A stretch of 64,000 nucleotides of DNA from a virus (lineage: Duplodnaviria > Caudoviricetes): the IMG/VR virus record IMGVR_UViG_3300037422_000298. One strand, given 5' to 3'. Positions within the stretch are counted from its first letter, which is position 1, and the number at the start of each line of letters is the position of its first letter. The position numbers and the translations under genes were made by a program. The notes below the pieces were generated by a model. That model saw only the letters and a program-made list of their open reading frames with translations, did not search any database and was not told the DNA's origin. This document shows, one piece after another, positions 32,764 through 42,379 of this stretch.

Positions 32764-33014
32764 CGGACGATCCCGTCGAACACGCGCGTCAGCGTGCGCG
32801 TGAGCGCGTGCGCCAGGAGGACGAGAAACTGGCCGGGCTCGAAGCCGAGATCGCACGGCTCGCGACAACGTTGCCAGGTCCCGTTCTGCTCGCGCTCGTG
32901 CGCGTGCTCGTCGAGATGGTCTGCTCGGCACAGGGTCCCACCTTTCGCGTGCACAACAAGATCAAGTTCTACGAAGGCGTCTTGGGGACGTTGCGACAAA
33001 ACGGCGTCGTATGA
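32760..33014 (+). CDS. Hypothetical protein
   Basis: Overlap chain. Confidence 0.5.
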   Translation: MTDDPVEHARQRARERVRQEDEKLAGLEAEIARLATTLPGPVLLALVRVLVEMVCSAQGPTFRVHNKIKFYEGVLGTLRQNGVV

Positions 33015-33347
33015 AGCTCCGCAAGCCCTGTGAAAATTGCCCCGTACTGGCATCCAGAACACTTCGAGCAGATCTGGCGCAACTGGCAAGACGACGGCAC
33101 GCACCTCATGCTCTGTCACAAGGCGAACAACATGCCGGAAGGTACGCCGAACCGCGAGAAGCCGATCTGCCAAGGCTGGATTCGTGTGATGGGGTTTGAG
33201 TCGATCGGCGTTCGCATTGCCGCCATGCACGGTGAGATCTCCGTCGAGGAAGTCGAAGACACGACCTCCATCGAGCTGTTCCCGACATTCGAGGCGATGC
33301 TACGCGCGAACAAGATCAAGCTGCCCAGGCGGAACAAGTTCGTATGA
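33011..33347 (+). pseudogene. Frameshifted DUF6283-like gene
   Basis: MKLRKPCENCP in one frame; YWHPEHF...LCHK...ICQGW continues in the +1 frame after about 33044. Confidence 0.55.
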
Positions 33348-33664
33348 AGAAGCGTCCCGCCGAGTTCTACATGTATGGCGTGATCTCCAACGAGAGTGCG
33401 TACGTCGGGCGGTGTGTCGAGTTTCCAGAGCTGCGCTACGTCGCGGCATCGCCGAGTGAAGCACTCAGCGGTGTCACGCAACTTGTCGAGAACGAGTTGC
33501 GCATGACGTGCGATCCCCCGGAGCCGTTGTCGCGCAAAAAGTTCAGCGGCAAGATCGCAGTTCGTGTTACGCCGGACCTGCATCGCAGGCTCGTACTTCA
33601 AGCGGCCGAACGTGGCGTCTCGTTGAACAGCCTGATCAATTCGAAGTTGTCGTGGAGTCTGTGA
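33344..33664 (+). CDS. hicB: HicB-family antitoxin (orphan)
   Basis: YVGRCVEFPEL...SPSEAL...FSGKIAVRVTPDLHRRL..AAERGVSLN. Confidence 0.8.
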   Translation: MKKRPAEFYMYGVISNESAYVGRCVEFPELRYVAASPSEALSGVTQLVENELRMTCDPPEPLSRKKFSGKIAVRVTPDLHRRLVLQAAERGVSLNSLINSKLSWSL

Positions 33665-33666
33665 AT

Positions 33667-36407
33667 ATGGGTGCGCATCTGATCGACGGAGAATTTCAAA
33701 GCGACAAGTACCCGACGTGCCCGCGCGGCAAGGTCCCGCTCAGCGTCAAGGACAAGACGGCTCAGGATTTGTTGTGGGAGTACGCCCAGCGTCGGCGCGT
33801 CGTCGATGCTGAATTCTCCGACGATCTCGAAACGGCGCTTTGCAATGTGGGTTTTCGTCCACCGACGGTGATTGGACCAATGAAGGCCTATCGCGTGTGG
33901 GTTACGATGCCGGATGGTGTAGAAACGACGGGGTCGGCGCCGTACGAACGACGTGAACGAGCAGACACGCATTGCACCGAGCAGCGAGAACGGCGCGACG
34001 CTCGATGGAAGCACGAAGTTCGTGAAGAGGTACTTCCTCGCGACGATGCGCGGCTGGGACGGGTCTCCTCCATCATCCTTGGCGATGATGAACATTGGAC
34101 CGAGGTGAGACTGAACGAAAAGCGGCCGACGAACGAAAGCGTGCTCGCCATCGCCATTCGGGACGTGCTCAAGGCGTGGGACAGCGGCGAGATGAACAAG
34201 GCCGAGTTCGAGCACAAGATGCGTGAGGTGATCTACCACTTCACGCGGACGTATCATCCGCTTGACAAGGACACCGAGGCGCTCGTGTTCGTGGCGAAGC
34301 TCGCCTACCAGTTCAAACTCCGACACGCGGGCTTTTTCATCGGCGGCACGAAGATCCAGCCGTTCTGGGACGCGATCGACGACTTGCCGAGCGGTTTGAC
34401 GAACGAAGCACACCGCGAGATGGAAGCCGAGATCGCAACATGGAAAGCGGATCGGCCGCGATGAAAACTAAACCTCGCAAGCGCGTCACGTGCTTTTCCT
34501 GTAGCCGTCGGCGAATCAAGTACGCTGACGGCCTGTGTGAGACCTGTCATCGTGTTGCCGTCAACGTCGGCCGCCGTCTTGCGATCATCTTCGATGGCGC
34601 GCGATGGCACGTTCGGTCGATTCGGCTGATCGAACACGATCTGGATCTCGATGAGAAGATCTATCGATGCGACAAGCCGATCAGCAACGATCACCGCTCG
34701 ATCGAAGACGCAGTCGCTTCAGCAAAGAGGTACCAACGTGTCGCGTGACTTCAAGCCGATCGATCCCAACAGCGCCCCATCGACACGCAACGCTCGAACG
34801 AAAGATCCAGGAGAAGCGTGAACCGCTACATCATGAAGCCGCCGATGCGCCTCGACGCGCACGGCCACTCGCTCGAACGCTTCATCGAACGCTGGTGGCC
34901 GTGGACACCCACAGAGCTGCGCCTACGTAGCCCGAACAAGAAGGCTGCAGCGCTGCAGCCGCGACTCGCGGAGCTGAAGATGGCGGTCGCTTCGCGTGCG
35001 TACCACGTCGAGAACATCCCTGACGAAGATCAGAGCATCTGGGCATGGACGGTCTGTGCCGGGCCCAACCAAGGCCGCACGGCGTTGATGGTCGTGTCGC
35101 AAGACGGCACAGTGCGAACCGTGTTGCCGCCAGAAGCGAAACGTCCCGCGAACCGTCGGAGGTCGTCGTGATAAAGAAGGTCTACGAGATCGTTACCTTC
35201 GAAGATGCCGGGTACTGGATGCTGCTCGAAGACGGCATCGGGATGGCCAAGAGCAAGTCACGGAACGCGCTCAAGCGCATCCGTGATGCACTGCAAACGG
35301 CGCAAGAGACCGGCCTGATCGGTTTGACCGTCGAGATCGAGGGCGTGAAACGCGGCATCGTGCAAGCGATCAGCGACCGCGCTGACTTGATCGTTCGGCG
35401 TACGGGCGTCCTGCAGACTGACAATCTCGAAGTCTGGCCAGTGCATGCATGTCGTCTCGTCGAGCCCGACAAGATCGACACGCCGACGCCGTGGAACGAT
35501 CCAGCAATTGGCGTCATTCCGGCTATCAAGTTGCTCGAACGTGTATTGGCGTGCGGCATCGATACGATGGGGCACGAACTTGAAACCGTCGCCGACGACA
35601 TCAAGAAGTTTCTCAAGGCACGAGAGGACGCACAGCCTACGCCATGAAGACCAACCAAGATCAAGAACATGTCGACGAAGAGGCGCCCACGCGCACGGTG
35701 CCGTGTAGCATCCATCCGCTGCATCGCGTGAAAGTTCGCACCGACGGCTCGCGTTCGGGCTGCGTGATGTGCGAAGACGCAATCGCTGACCTGACTCGAA
35801 AGGACGGACGATGACCACTGACTACCGTCGAGCAATGACTGCACTCGCGCTTGAACTACCACAAGAAGTTCATCGGCACATCGCAGATCTGTTCGAGCCA
35901 CTGATCGCCGAACACGAGACGAAAGCGATGTCTGTTCTGCAGCCGTGGGTCATGAAGCTCCCGCTTCGCGCGCAGGGCACACTCCTCACTGGCTTTCGTG
36001 GTTGCGATCTCGCACCGAAGAATCCTGTCACGATCGACGAGAGAAACGGCTGCTCGACGGGCGAAGACACCGTCCCGCGTCAGCTCGTCGCGTACTTGCG
36101 TTTCCTGACGCTCGTAGCTGCGGATCCGCGCGAGATCGACGTCCCCGGCGCGTGGTTTCAATCCAAGCCACCGGAGAAGTGGAAGCCGTCGCAGCTCTCG
36201 CACTATCCACTGCACTGGTACGGCCACCTCATGCACTGCTTCGAGGTCGTTGCCTACCTGCGGCCGATCGACGACGAGCACACCGATCGCGCGATTGGTA
36301 TCTACACGCGGCTCGTGCGCGCGCTGCATCTGAACCCTGAGACGAAGGCGCAGATGCTCGAACGCCTGACCGAAGACCGCATCGCGAAGGGCGACGTCGT
36401 CTCGTGA
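33667..36407 (+). other. Hypothetical genes (33667-34464, 34461-34748, 34818-35171, 35168-35647, 35811-36407)
   Basis: Overlap chain and RBS; protein-like composition. Confidence 0.55.
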
Positions 36408-36658
36408 AGGACGAGAAGAAGGCTGCGCTCGAAGCGAATGGCTGGAAGGTCGGCGACGCTGCGCAGTTCTTGGAGATGTCCGAGGCCGAGAAGCAAGCGA
36501 GCCGTCTCATCCACAAGTACGGCCGCGACGGTGCGCTCAAGGCCGTCAAGCAGAACGTCAAGAAGGCCGTCAGCGAGGCCCAGGAAGAATTCTGGGAAGC
36601 CGTTGGCGACCTGATCGAAGAGACCTGCGAACGCCCCGAACAGGAGAACGTCTCGTGA
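36404..36658 (+). CDS. Small protein resembling the N-terminus of XRE-type antitoxins, no clear HTH
   Basis: KKAALEANGWKVGDAAQFLEMS. Confidence 0.4.
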   Translation: MKDEKKAALEANGWKVGDAAQFLEMSEAEKQASRLIHKYGRDGALKAVKQNVKKAVSEAQEEFWEAVGDLIEETCERPEQENVS

Positions 36659-37353
36659 CCAAGCTCATTCTCGCGCTCGACGTCCCGAGCTACGACGACG
36701 CGATGCAATTCGTCGAGTCGATCGAAGGCAATGTACACCTCGACTGGGTCAAGGTCGGCCTGGAGCTGTTCATCTCCGACGGTCAGCGCGTGATGGATGC
36801 AATGTCGAAAGCCGGGTTCAACATCATGCTCGATCTGAAGCTGCACGACATCCCGGAGACCGTCGCTCGCGCGACGGCGCGCGCAGCAGACCTTGGTGCA
36901 GACATGCTGACGATTCATGCCGCGGGCGGCCCGGCGATGATCGCAGCGGCGAAGAAAGCTGCGGGTGACACCAAGATCCTCGCGGTGACGGTTCTGACGT
37001 CGCTCGATGAAGACGACCTGGTCAAGATCGGTCACAGCCCGACGCCGCACAAGACGCTCGTACGCGACCTGGTTCTCCGGCGACTCCGACTGGCCGAAGA
37101 CAACGGTGCCGACGGCGTCGTCTGCTCGCCGCTCGAAGTTCAGACCCTCAAGATGAACGTGATCCGCGGGATGTTGTTCGTGACGCCTGGGATCCGTCCA
37201 TCGGGCGGCGACACGGGCGATCAGAAGCGCGTCGCCACGCCAACGGGTGCCCGCGAAGCGGGCGCGAGCTTCATCGTTGTCGGGCGGCCGATTCGTGACG
37301 CGAAAGACCGGGTCGCGGCCGTAAAGGGCATCCTGGCGGAGCTGACCACGTGA
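36655..37353 (+). CDS. pyrF: Orotidine-5'-phosphate decarboxylase
   Basis: LILALD, VKVGLELF, DLKLHDIPET (DxKxxD), AVTVLTS, VTPGIR, DQKR, VVGRPI. Confidence 0.95.
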   Translation: MTKLILALDVPSYDDAMQFVESIEGNVHLDWVKVGLELFISDGQRVMDAMSKAGFNIMLDLKLHDIPETVARATARAADLGADMLTIHAAGGPAMIAAAKKAAGDTKILAVTVLTSLDEDDLVKIGHSPTPHKTLVRDLVLRRLRLAEDNGADGVVCSPLEVQTLKMNVIRGMLFVTPGIRPSGGDTGDQKRVATPTGAREAGASFIVVGRPIRDAKDRVAAVKGILAELTT

Positions 37354-38245
37354 TGACGCTCAGGAAGCTCCTCGACCAGATCGTCGACGACGGCATCAAG
37401 GCCTGTAGCGAGTCGTACAAGGACGACGCGAAGAAGCGCGAGGGCGCGATTGCAGGCTTCGAGGCATGCCGCAACAAGTCCGTGTTCGAGCTGCGACAGA
37501 TACTAGGTGTGGCGAGCAACGCTGCAGACGTGGCACGCGCCGTCGACCGCGAGAACTACTGGTACCTGCGCTGCTTCCACGCCGAGGTCGAGTGGGTCTG
37601 CAACGTCGTATCGGCGTGCCTGCAGAATCAAGGGCTCGATCCCATCGTCACGCCGATGCGCGGCTACTTGAAGGCTGCCGAGATCGTCGGCGTCGACGGC
37701 GACACGACACTCAAAGAGTTCATCGAACGTCGACAAAACTGATGACAAGCGAACGCCACAACACGATCTGGTCGCTCGAAGTTGCCGAGCGGCGCTTTTT
37801 GCGCGCGCACGGTTGGACGCTCGAACCGAACCGCGGTTGGATCCCGCCTGCGAACTTTCCATTCAAGCGTCGAGGTGCGTACTCACGCGGTCACGCCGTG
37901 AATGCGCAGAAGCAGCTTCTGTATAACCCGATGTTTGGCGGCGATCGCCTGGAGCAGCTGTAGGGGAGAACGATGACGTTTCAAGTACGACGCAACACGG
38001 CCGACGGAATCCTCGACGAAGTCGCTCTCGGTGGCGCGATCAAGATGGAGACGCTGCAGGAGTTGCTCAAGCTACTCGGCGAGAAGACGGATTACTTGTT
38101 CCACATCGCCGTCGAGATTCACACGCCGATGATGCTCAAGACGATCGACAACGAAGGCGACGCGCTCGACACGATCAGTCGGCTGCGCGCCGCTCCTGCG
38201 AAGAGCATCAAGCCTGCACCGAAGAAGTCGTCGCGAAAGAAGTGA
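37350..38245 (+). other. Three hypothetical genes (37350-37742, 37742-37963, 37973-38245)
   Basis: Overlap chain and RBS. Confidence 0.55.
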
Positions 38246-38265
38246 TCTCTCTTGCGACAACGCTC

Positions 38266-38301
38266 TTGACAAGTCGATCGTGAATCGTCTACGACCATAC
38301 T
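38266..38301 (+). promoter_or_regulatory. Promoter elements upstream of RAMP-like gene
   Basis: CTCTTGACAAG context (TTGACA 38266-38271); CATACT 38296-38301, 7 nt before ATG 38309; spacing between them non-canonical. Confidence 0.4.
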
Positions 38302-38308
38302 TTCCGCG

Positions 38309-39166
38309 ATGTCACTAGGGGCATCGAGAACAACGAGCAGGGAGAACGAAGAGCACATGCGTACGCAGCAACAGCATCAGAGCAACGGAAACGGACACGT
38401 CCCCACGCGCGGTGACGTCATGAAGCGCGGGCGCGCAGCACTCGTCGACACCGACGAAGACGCGCCGCCCAAGCGGCGCGGGCGCCCGCCGAAGATGACG
38501 CCGTCGCCGGAAGTGATCGAGCTGCCCGCGGCGAAGGGCAGGAAGGGCAAGGCTGCCAAGGGTGCCGACAAGGGCGAGCTGTCGATCCCGGAGCTGGAGA
38601 CGGCCGAGATCACGTTCACGGTTCGCGGCCTCACGTCGCTGATCGTCCACCGCTTCGGCGAGAAGTCGCGCAAGCAGATGGAAGACAACCAGCAGGGCGT
38701 CGCGCGTCACAAGAAGGCGCCCAAGGTTCCCGAAGACGAATTCCGCAGCTCGCTCTACGTGATCGACGCGAAGAAGGGCATCTACGGCTTTCCGGCGTCG
38801 GGCTTCAAGAAGGCGATGGTCTCGGCGTGTCGCTACGCCGAAGGCGTCACGATGACGAGGATGCTCGGCGCGTTCCACATCATCGGCGATCTGCTGCCGA
38901 TCAAGGGTCCGCCGCCCAAGATGCGCACCGACGTCGTGCGCGTCGGCAAGTTCGGTTCGAAGACCTCGGACATCCGCTACCGCGGCGAGTTCACGGACTG
39001 GAGCGTCGACGTCAAGATCCTCTACAACGCCAGGGTTGTGAACAAGCAGGTGCTCGCTCACCTACTCCACCTCGCAGGCTTCTCCGTCGGCATCGGCGAG
39101 TGGCGTCCCGAGAAGTCGGGACAGTTCGGCATGTTCGAGCTGGCGAACAAGTCGGTCGGTAACTAG
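38309..39166 (+). CDS. Stand-alone Cas7/RAMP-like protein with disordered AT-hook N-terminus (alternative start 38357)
   Basis: ITFTVRGLTSLIVH (beta1), YGFPASGFKKAM (cf. IPGSSLKG), C-terminal Gly-rich loop GFSVGIGEWRPEKSGQFGMF; KRRGRPPK AT-hook. Confidence 0.7.
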   Translation: MSLGASRTTSRENEEHMRTQQQHQSNGNGHVPTRGDVMKRGRAALVDTDEDAPPKRRGRPPKMTPSPEVIELPAAKGRKGKAAKGADKGELSIPELETAEITFTVRGLTSLIVHRFGEKSRKQMEDNQQGVARHKKAPKVPEDEFRSSLYVIDAKKGIYGFPASGFKKAMVSACRYAEGVTMTRMLGAFHIIGDLLPIKGPPPKMRTDVVRVGKFGSKTSDIRYRGEFTDWSVDVKILYNARVVNKQVLAHLLHLAGFSVGIGEWRPEKSGQFGMFELANKSVGN

Positions 39167-39182
39167 TACTTCGTCGACGAGA

Positions 39183-39214
39183 AACGCCGTGATCGCAGCA
39201 GCGATCACGGCGTT
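39183..39214 (+). terminator. Perfect 14-bp hairpin after RAMP-like gene (terminator or array leader)
   Basis: AACGCCGTGATCGC-agca-GCGATCACGGCGTT followed by a pyrimidine-rich tract. Confidence 0.55.
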
Positions 39215-39279
39215 CGTGTTCGTTCTCTGAAAACCGTTGTTCCATCGTCGCGCAAGCAAGCGCGACGACGTCATGGTGA

Positions 39280-41814
39280 GGCAGTCAAGGTGCGGCGCTG
39301 CAGGGCTCGGCGTATCAGGGTCTGGCTCTGTAGGGTCCGGCAACGGTATGGTCGCGCACGGCAGTCCACGTACGGCACGGCGTTGTGTGTTTCGGCGTCG
39401 CAAGCTACGGCAGTCCAGGTCCGTTGCGGCTTCGTTCGTCGCGGCGCGGAAAGGTCGCGCTCGGCAGTCTCGGAATGTCAGTGCAGGTCTGGGTCAGGCC
39501 GCGTTTGGCCCGGCTGCGTTTGGCCCGTCAAGGTGCTGCAGGGCAGTCATGGTTCGGTGCTGCATCGCACTGCTTGGTGTCGTCGGGCTCGGTCCGACGC
39601 GTCGAGGTTAGGCAGTCTTGGTAGGGCTCGACGTGGTCCGTTCGCGCAAGGATCGTTCTGGCTTGGCGCGGTTTCGCAGTCTCGGTCGGGTGAGTCGCCG
39701 CTTGGTGCCGTTGGGCATCGCGCGGTCAGGCACGTCGAGGCAGTCATCGTTTGGTGAATCAGCGCTTGGTTCGTTGAGGCATCGTGCGGCATCGCAGTCA
39801 GGGAATCGCTGGGCAACGCTGGTCCAGGCAACGCACCGCTCGGCATCGCCGTCGAGGTTTGGCGCGTAATGGTTCGTCAAGGCTACGCATGTTTGGGTTG
39901 GGCCGTCTCGGCATGTTTGGATCCGGCTAGTCAGTGTACGGCTAGGCGCCGCGCGGTATGGAGAGGCAGTCAGGGTCTCGGCGCGGCAAGTCAGTGTACG
40001 GCTAGGCGCCGCGCGGTATGGAGAGGCAGTCAGGGTCTCGGCGCGGCAAGTCAGTGTACGGCTAGGCGCCGCGCGGTATGGAGAGGCAGTCAGGGTCTCG
40101 GCGCGGCAGTGCTGCGCCAGGTAGCGCATGTTCTGGCCGGGCTGTCAGGGTTTCGCATCGCATCGCAGTGCGCGATACGGCAACGTCCGTTTCGGCGGTG
40201 CGTGGTAGGGCAGTCTGGTTGCGGCAGCGTCTGTTCAGTCAAGGCATGTTGTCGTTCGGCAGTCAGGGCAAGTTCAGATCCGGCGTTGCTCGGCTCGGCG
40301 TGCGCCCGTTTCGTCACGGCCAGGTGCGGTTGGGCCGTCGTGTCGAGGCATCGCTACGTCCGTTCCGTCAGGGCGCGGCACGTCGGGGCCGTCCAGGTTC
40401 GGCGCGTCAGTGCTGGGTCCGACTTTGCGGGGCAGTGTCCGGCGGGGCATGACAGTCGAGGACAGGCTGGTCACGGTTGGTTACGGTCGTGCCTGGTTTG
40501 GCAGTCATGGTTTGGTTCGGTACCGCTGGTCTTAGTTGGTCATGCCCGGTCTCGACGTGGTTCGGCAGTCGCGTCTCGGTATCGGCAGTCTTGGTAGGTC
40601 AGCGTCGGTCTTGGCAGCGTTCGGTGTGATCGGGTTCGTTACGGCAGTCTGGGTCCGGCGAGGTTTGTCAACGCAGTGCACGGCAACGTACGTCTCGGTG
40701 GGGCAGTCAAGGCACCGCATCGCGGGTCTAGTTGCGTCTCGGTTCGTTTCATCTCGGCAAGGCATGGCCGTCTTGGCAAGGCATCGCCCGTTGCGGCGCC
40801 GTCCGGCCAGTTCTGGTTTGGTAGTGCGTCTTCATGGCAGTCGTGGCTTGTTCCGGCGCGGCCCGTTGTGGTGTTTCATTGCTTGGTAGGGCAGTCGCGG
40901 TTCGTTTCGGCAGCGCGCGTCTGCGTCCGGCATTTGCTCGGTTGGTCGCGGCAGCGGTATGGCCGTCGTGGTCCGTCGGCGTTTGTTCGGGCTAGTTATC
41001 GTCTCGCGCGGCTCGGCAGTTTCGTCTGGGATCGGTTCGGCCTGCTGGGGCAGCGCGTGGCATCGCATCGCATGGCCGTCTTGGTTTCGCACGTCAAGGC
41101 TCGACAGGTTCCGGCTAGGCGCCGTACGGTGCGGCCGTCTAGTCACGGTTGCGCTGGTCGCGGCAGTTTTCGGTTGGTCGCGGTAGTGCATCGTCCGGCA
41201 TCGGCGCGGCAGTCCCGTCGGGGCGTCGTCTCGCTTCGCAAGGCAAGGTCAGGCGAGGACTCGTTTGGCGAGGCAGTCATCGCCAGGTTCGTCGAGGCAG
41301 TGCGAGGCATGGATCGGTTCGGTGGAGTTCGGCGCGGCAGTCGCGGTAGCGCGGGGAAGTGCCCCGCTAGGCAAGGCGTCGCTCGGCGCGGTCAGGCAGT
41401 CCCGGCGCGTCACGCTTTGGCAGCGCTTGGCGGGGTACTGTGTGTCGAGGCAGGGCCGTCTGGGTTAGGTCCGGCGTGTCGCGGTTCGGTTCTTCACGCG
41501 AGGGTGCGGTACGGCATCGCAGTCTTGGATCGTCTCGGCATGGCCGGTTCCGGCAGAGCAGTTCACGGCTAGGTACGACGCGGCAGTCGGTCATGGTCAG
41601 GTGAGGATTGCATCGCAGTGCGCGGCGCCGCCGGGCGTGGCTGTCTTGGTCAGGCGAGGCTCGGTCTCGTGCGTCGCGGCGAGGTTTGGCAGTCTCGGCG
41701 CGGTGGCGTACGGCTCGACAAGGTTCGGCAAGGCCCTGCAGGGCAGTCATGGTTAGGTCCGTCGGGGCGTGATCCCGTGCGTCGCGGTCCGGCACGGCAG
41801 GCATGGCAAGTCGA
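39280..41814 (+). ncRNA. Non-coding GGY-NN pentamer array, about 42 units separated by GGCAGTC-like delimiters (putative guide-RNA array)
   Basis: About 43 delimiters (GGCAGTC/GGCCGTC/GGCTGTC/CGCAGTC) mostly spaced 49/54/59/64/69 nt (9+5n); 5-nt periodicity; G-rich, A-poor + strand; no credible ORF. Confidence 0.8.
39929..40108 (+). repeat. Three exact tandem copies of a 60-nt array segment
   Basis: 39929-39988, 39989-40048 and 40049-40108 are identical. Confidence 0.95.
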
Positions 41815-41839
41815 GAGTGACTTGTGCTAGAGTTGATCG

Positions 41840-42379
41840 ATGGCGCGCGCAGCAACAAGGCAGTCTCGATCGCGGCAGCGATCTACGCATTGGACGTATC
41901 ACTTCAAGGCCGTCGAGGGCAGCCGGTACACCGATCAGGATGCACAGCGTATCGGTCCCGAGTTGACGCGTATCGCGCAACGCGATGGTGAAATTCGCCC
42001 ACAAGCCGTCGTCGACGAAGCACGCTCGCGGCGCTCGCCGTTTCACCGACATTTCCAATGGGACATCCAGAAGGCCGCCGAACAACACTGGCTCGACACT
42101 GCTGGACGGTTGATCCGCGCGATCAAGATCGAGGTCGTCAGCGGACCACAGCGTGCACCCAAGGAAGTCCGTGCGTTCGTCAAGATCGATCGCGCGACCG
42201 GTTATCGTCCGACCATTGAAGTGTTTCAGCGCGACGACTACCGCAACGCGGTGCTCTCGCGTGCACTCGAAGAGCTGGAAGTCTGGAAGAAGCGCTACGA
42301 GAACTTCGTCGACTTCAGCGAAATCTTCGGCGACGTCGCGCCGATCATTGTACAGGCTCAACAGCGGCTGCGAGCGTAG
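41840..42379 (+). CDS. Array-associated hypothetical protein
   Basis: Directly after array; TGC-TAGAGT extended -10 six nt before ATG; VVDEARSRRSPFHRHFQWD...AAEQHW..AGRLIR. Confidence 0.7.
   Translation: MARAATRQSRSRQRSTHWTYHFKAVEGSRYTDQDAQRIGPELTRIAQRDGEIRPQAVVDEARSRRSPFHRHFQWDIQKAAEQHWLDTAGRLIRAIKIEVVSGPQRAPKEVRAFVKIDRATGYRPTIEVFQRDDYRNAVLSRALEELEVWKKRYENFVDFSEIFGDVAPIIVQAQQRLRA

Noticed and set aside
39280-41814. Canonical CRISPR array
   Set aside because: Constant part is only 7 nt, the inter-repeat sequence is itself periodic, and no cas1/cas2 are seen.
39280-41814. Self-targets of decoded NN strings
   Set aside because: A gapped search cannot be done reliably by eye; none claimed.
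39237-41858. Many ORFs over the array (e.g. 40676..41572, 39869..40597, 39608..40129)
   Set aside because: R/G/S/V-biased translations produced by an A-poor pentamer repeat; a period of 5 and frequent 1-nt register shifts are incompatible with coding.
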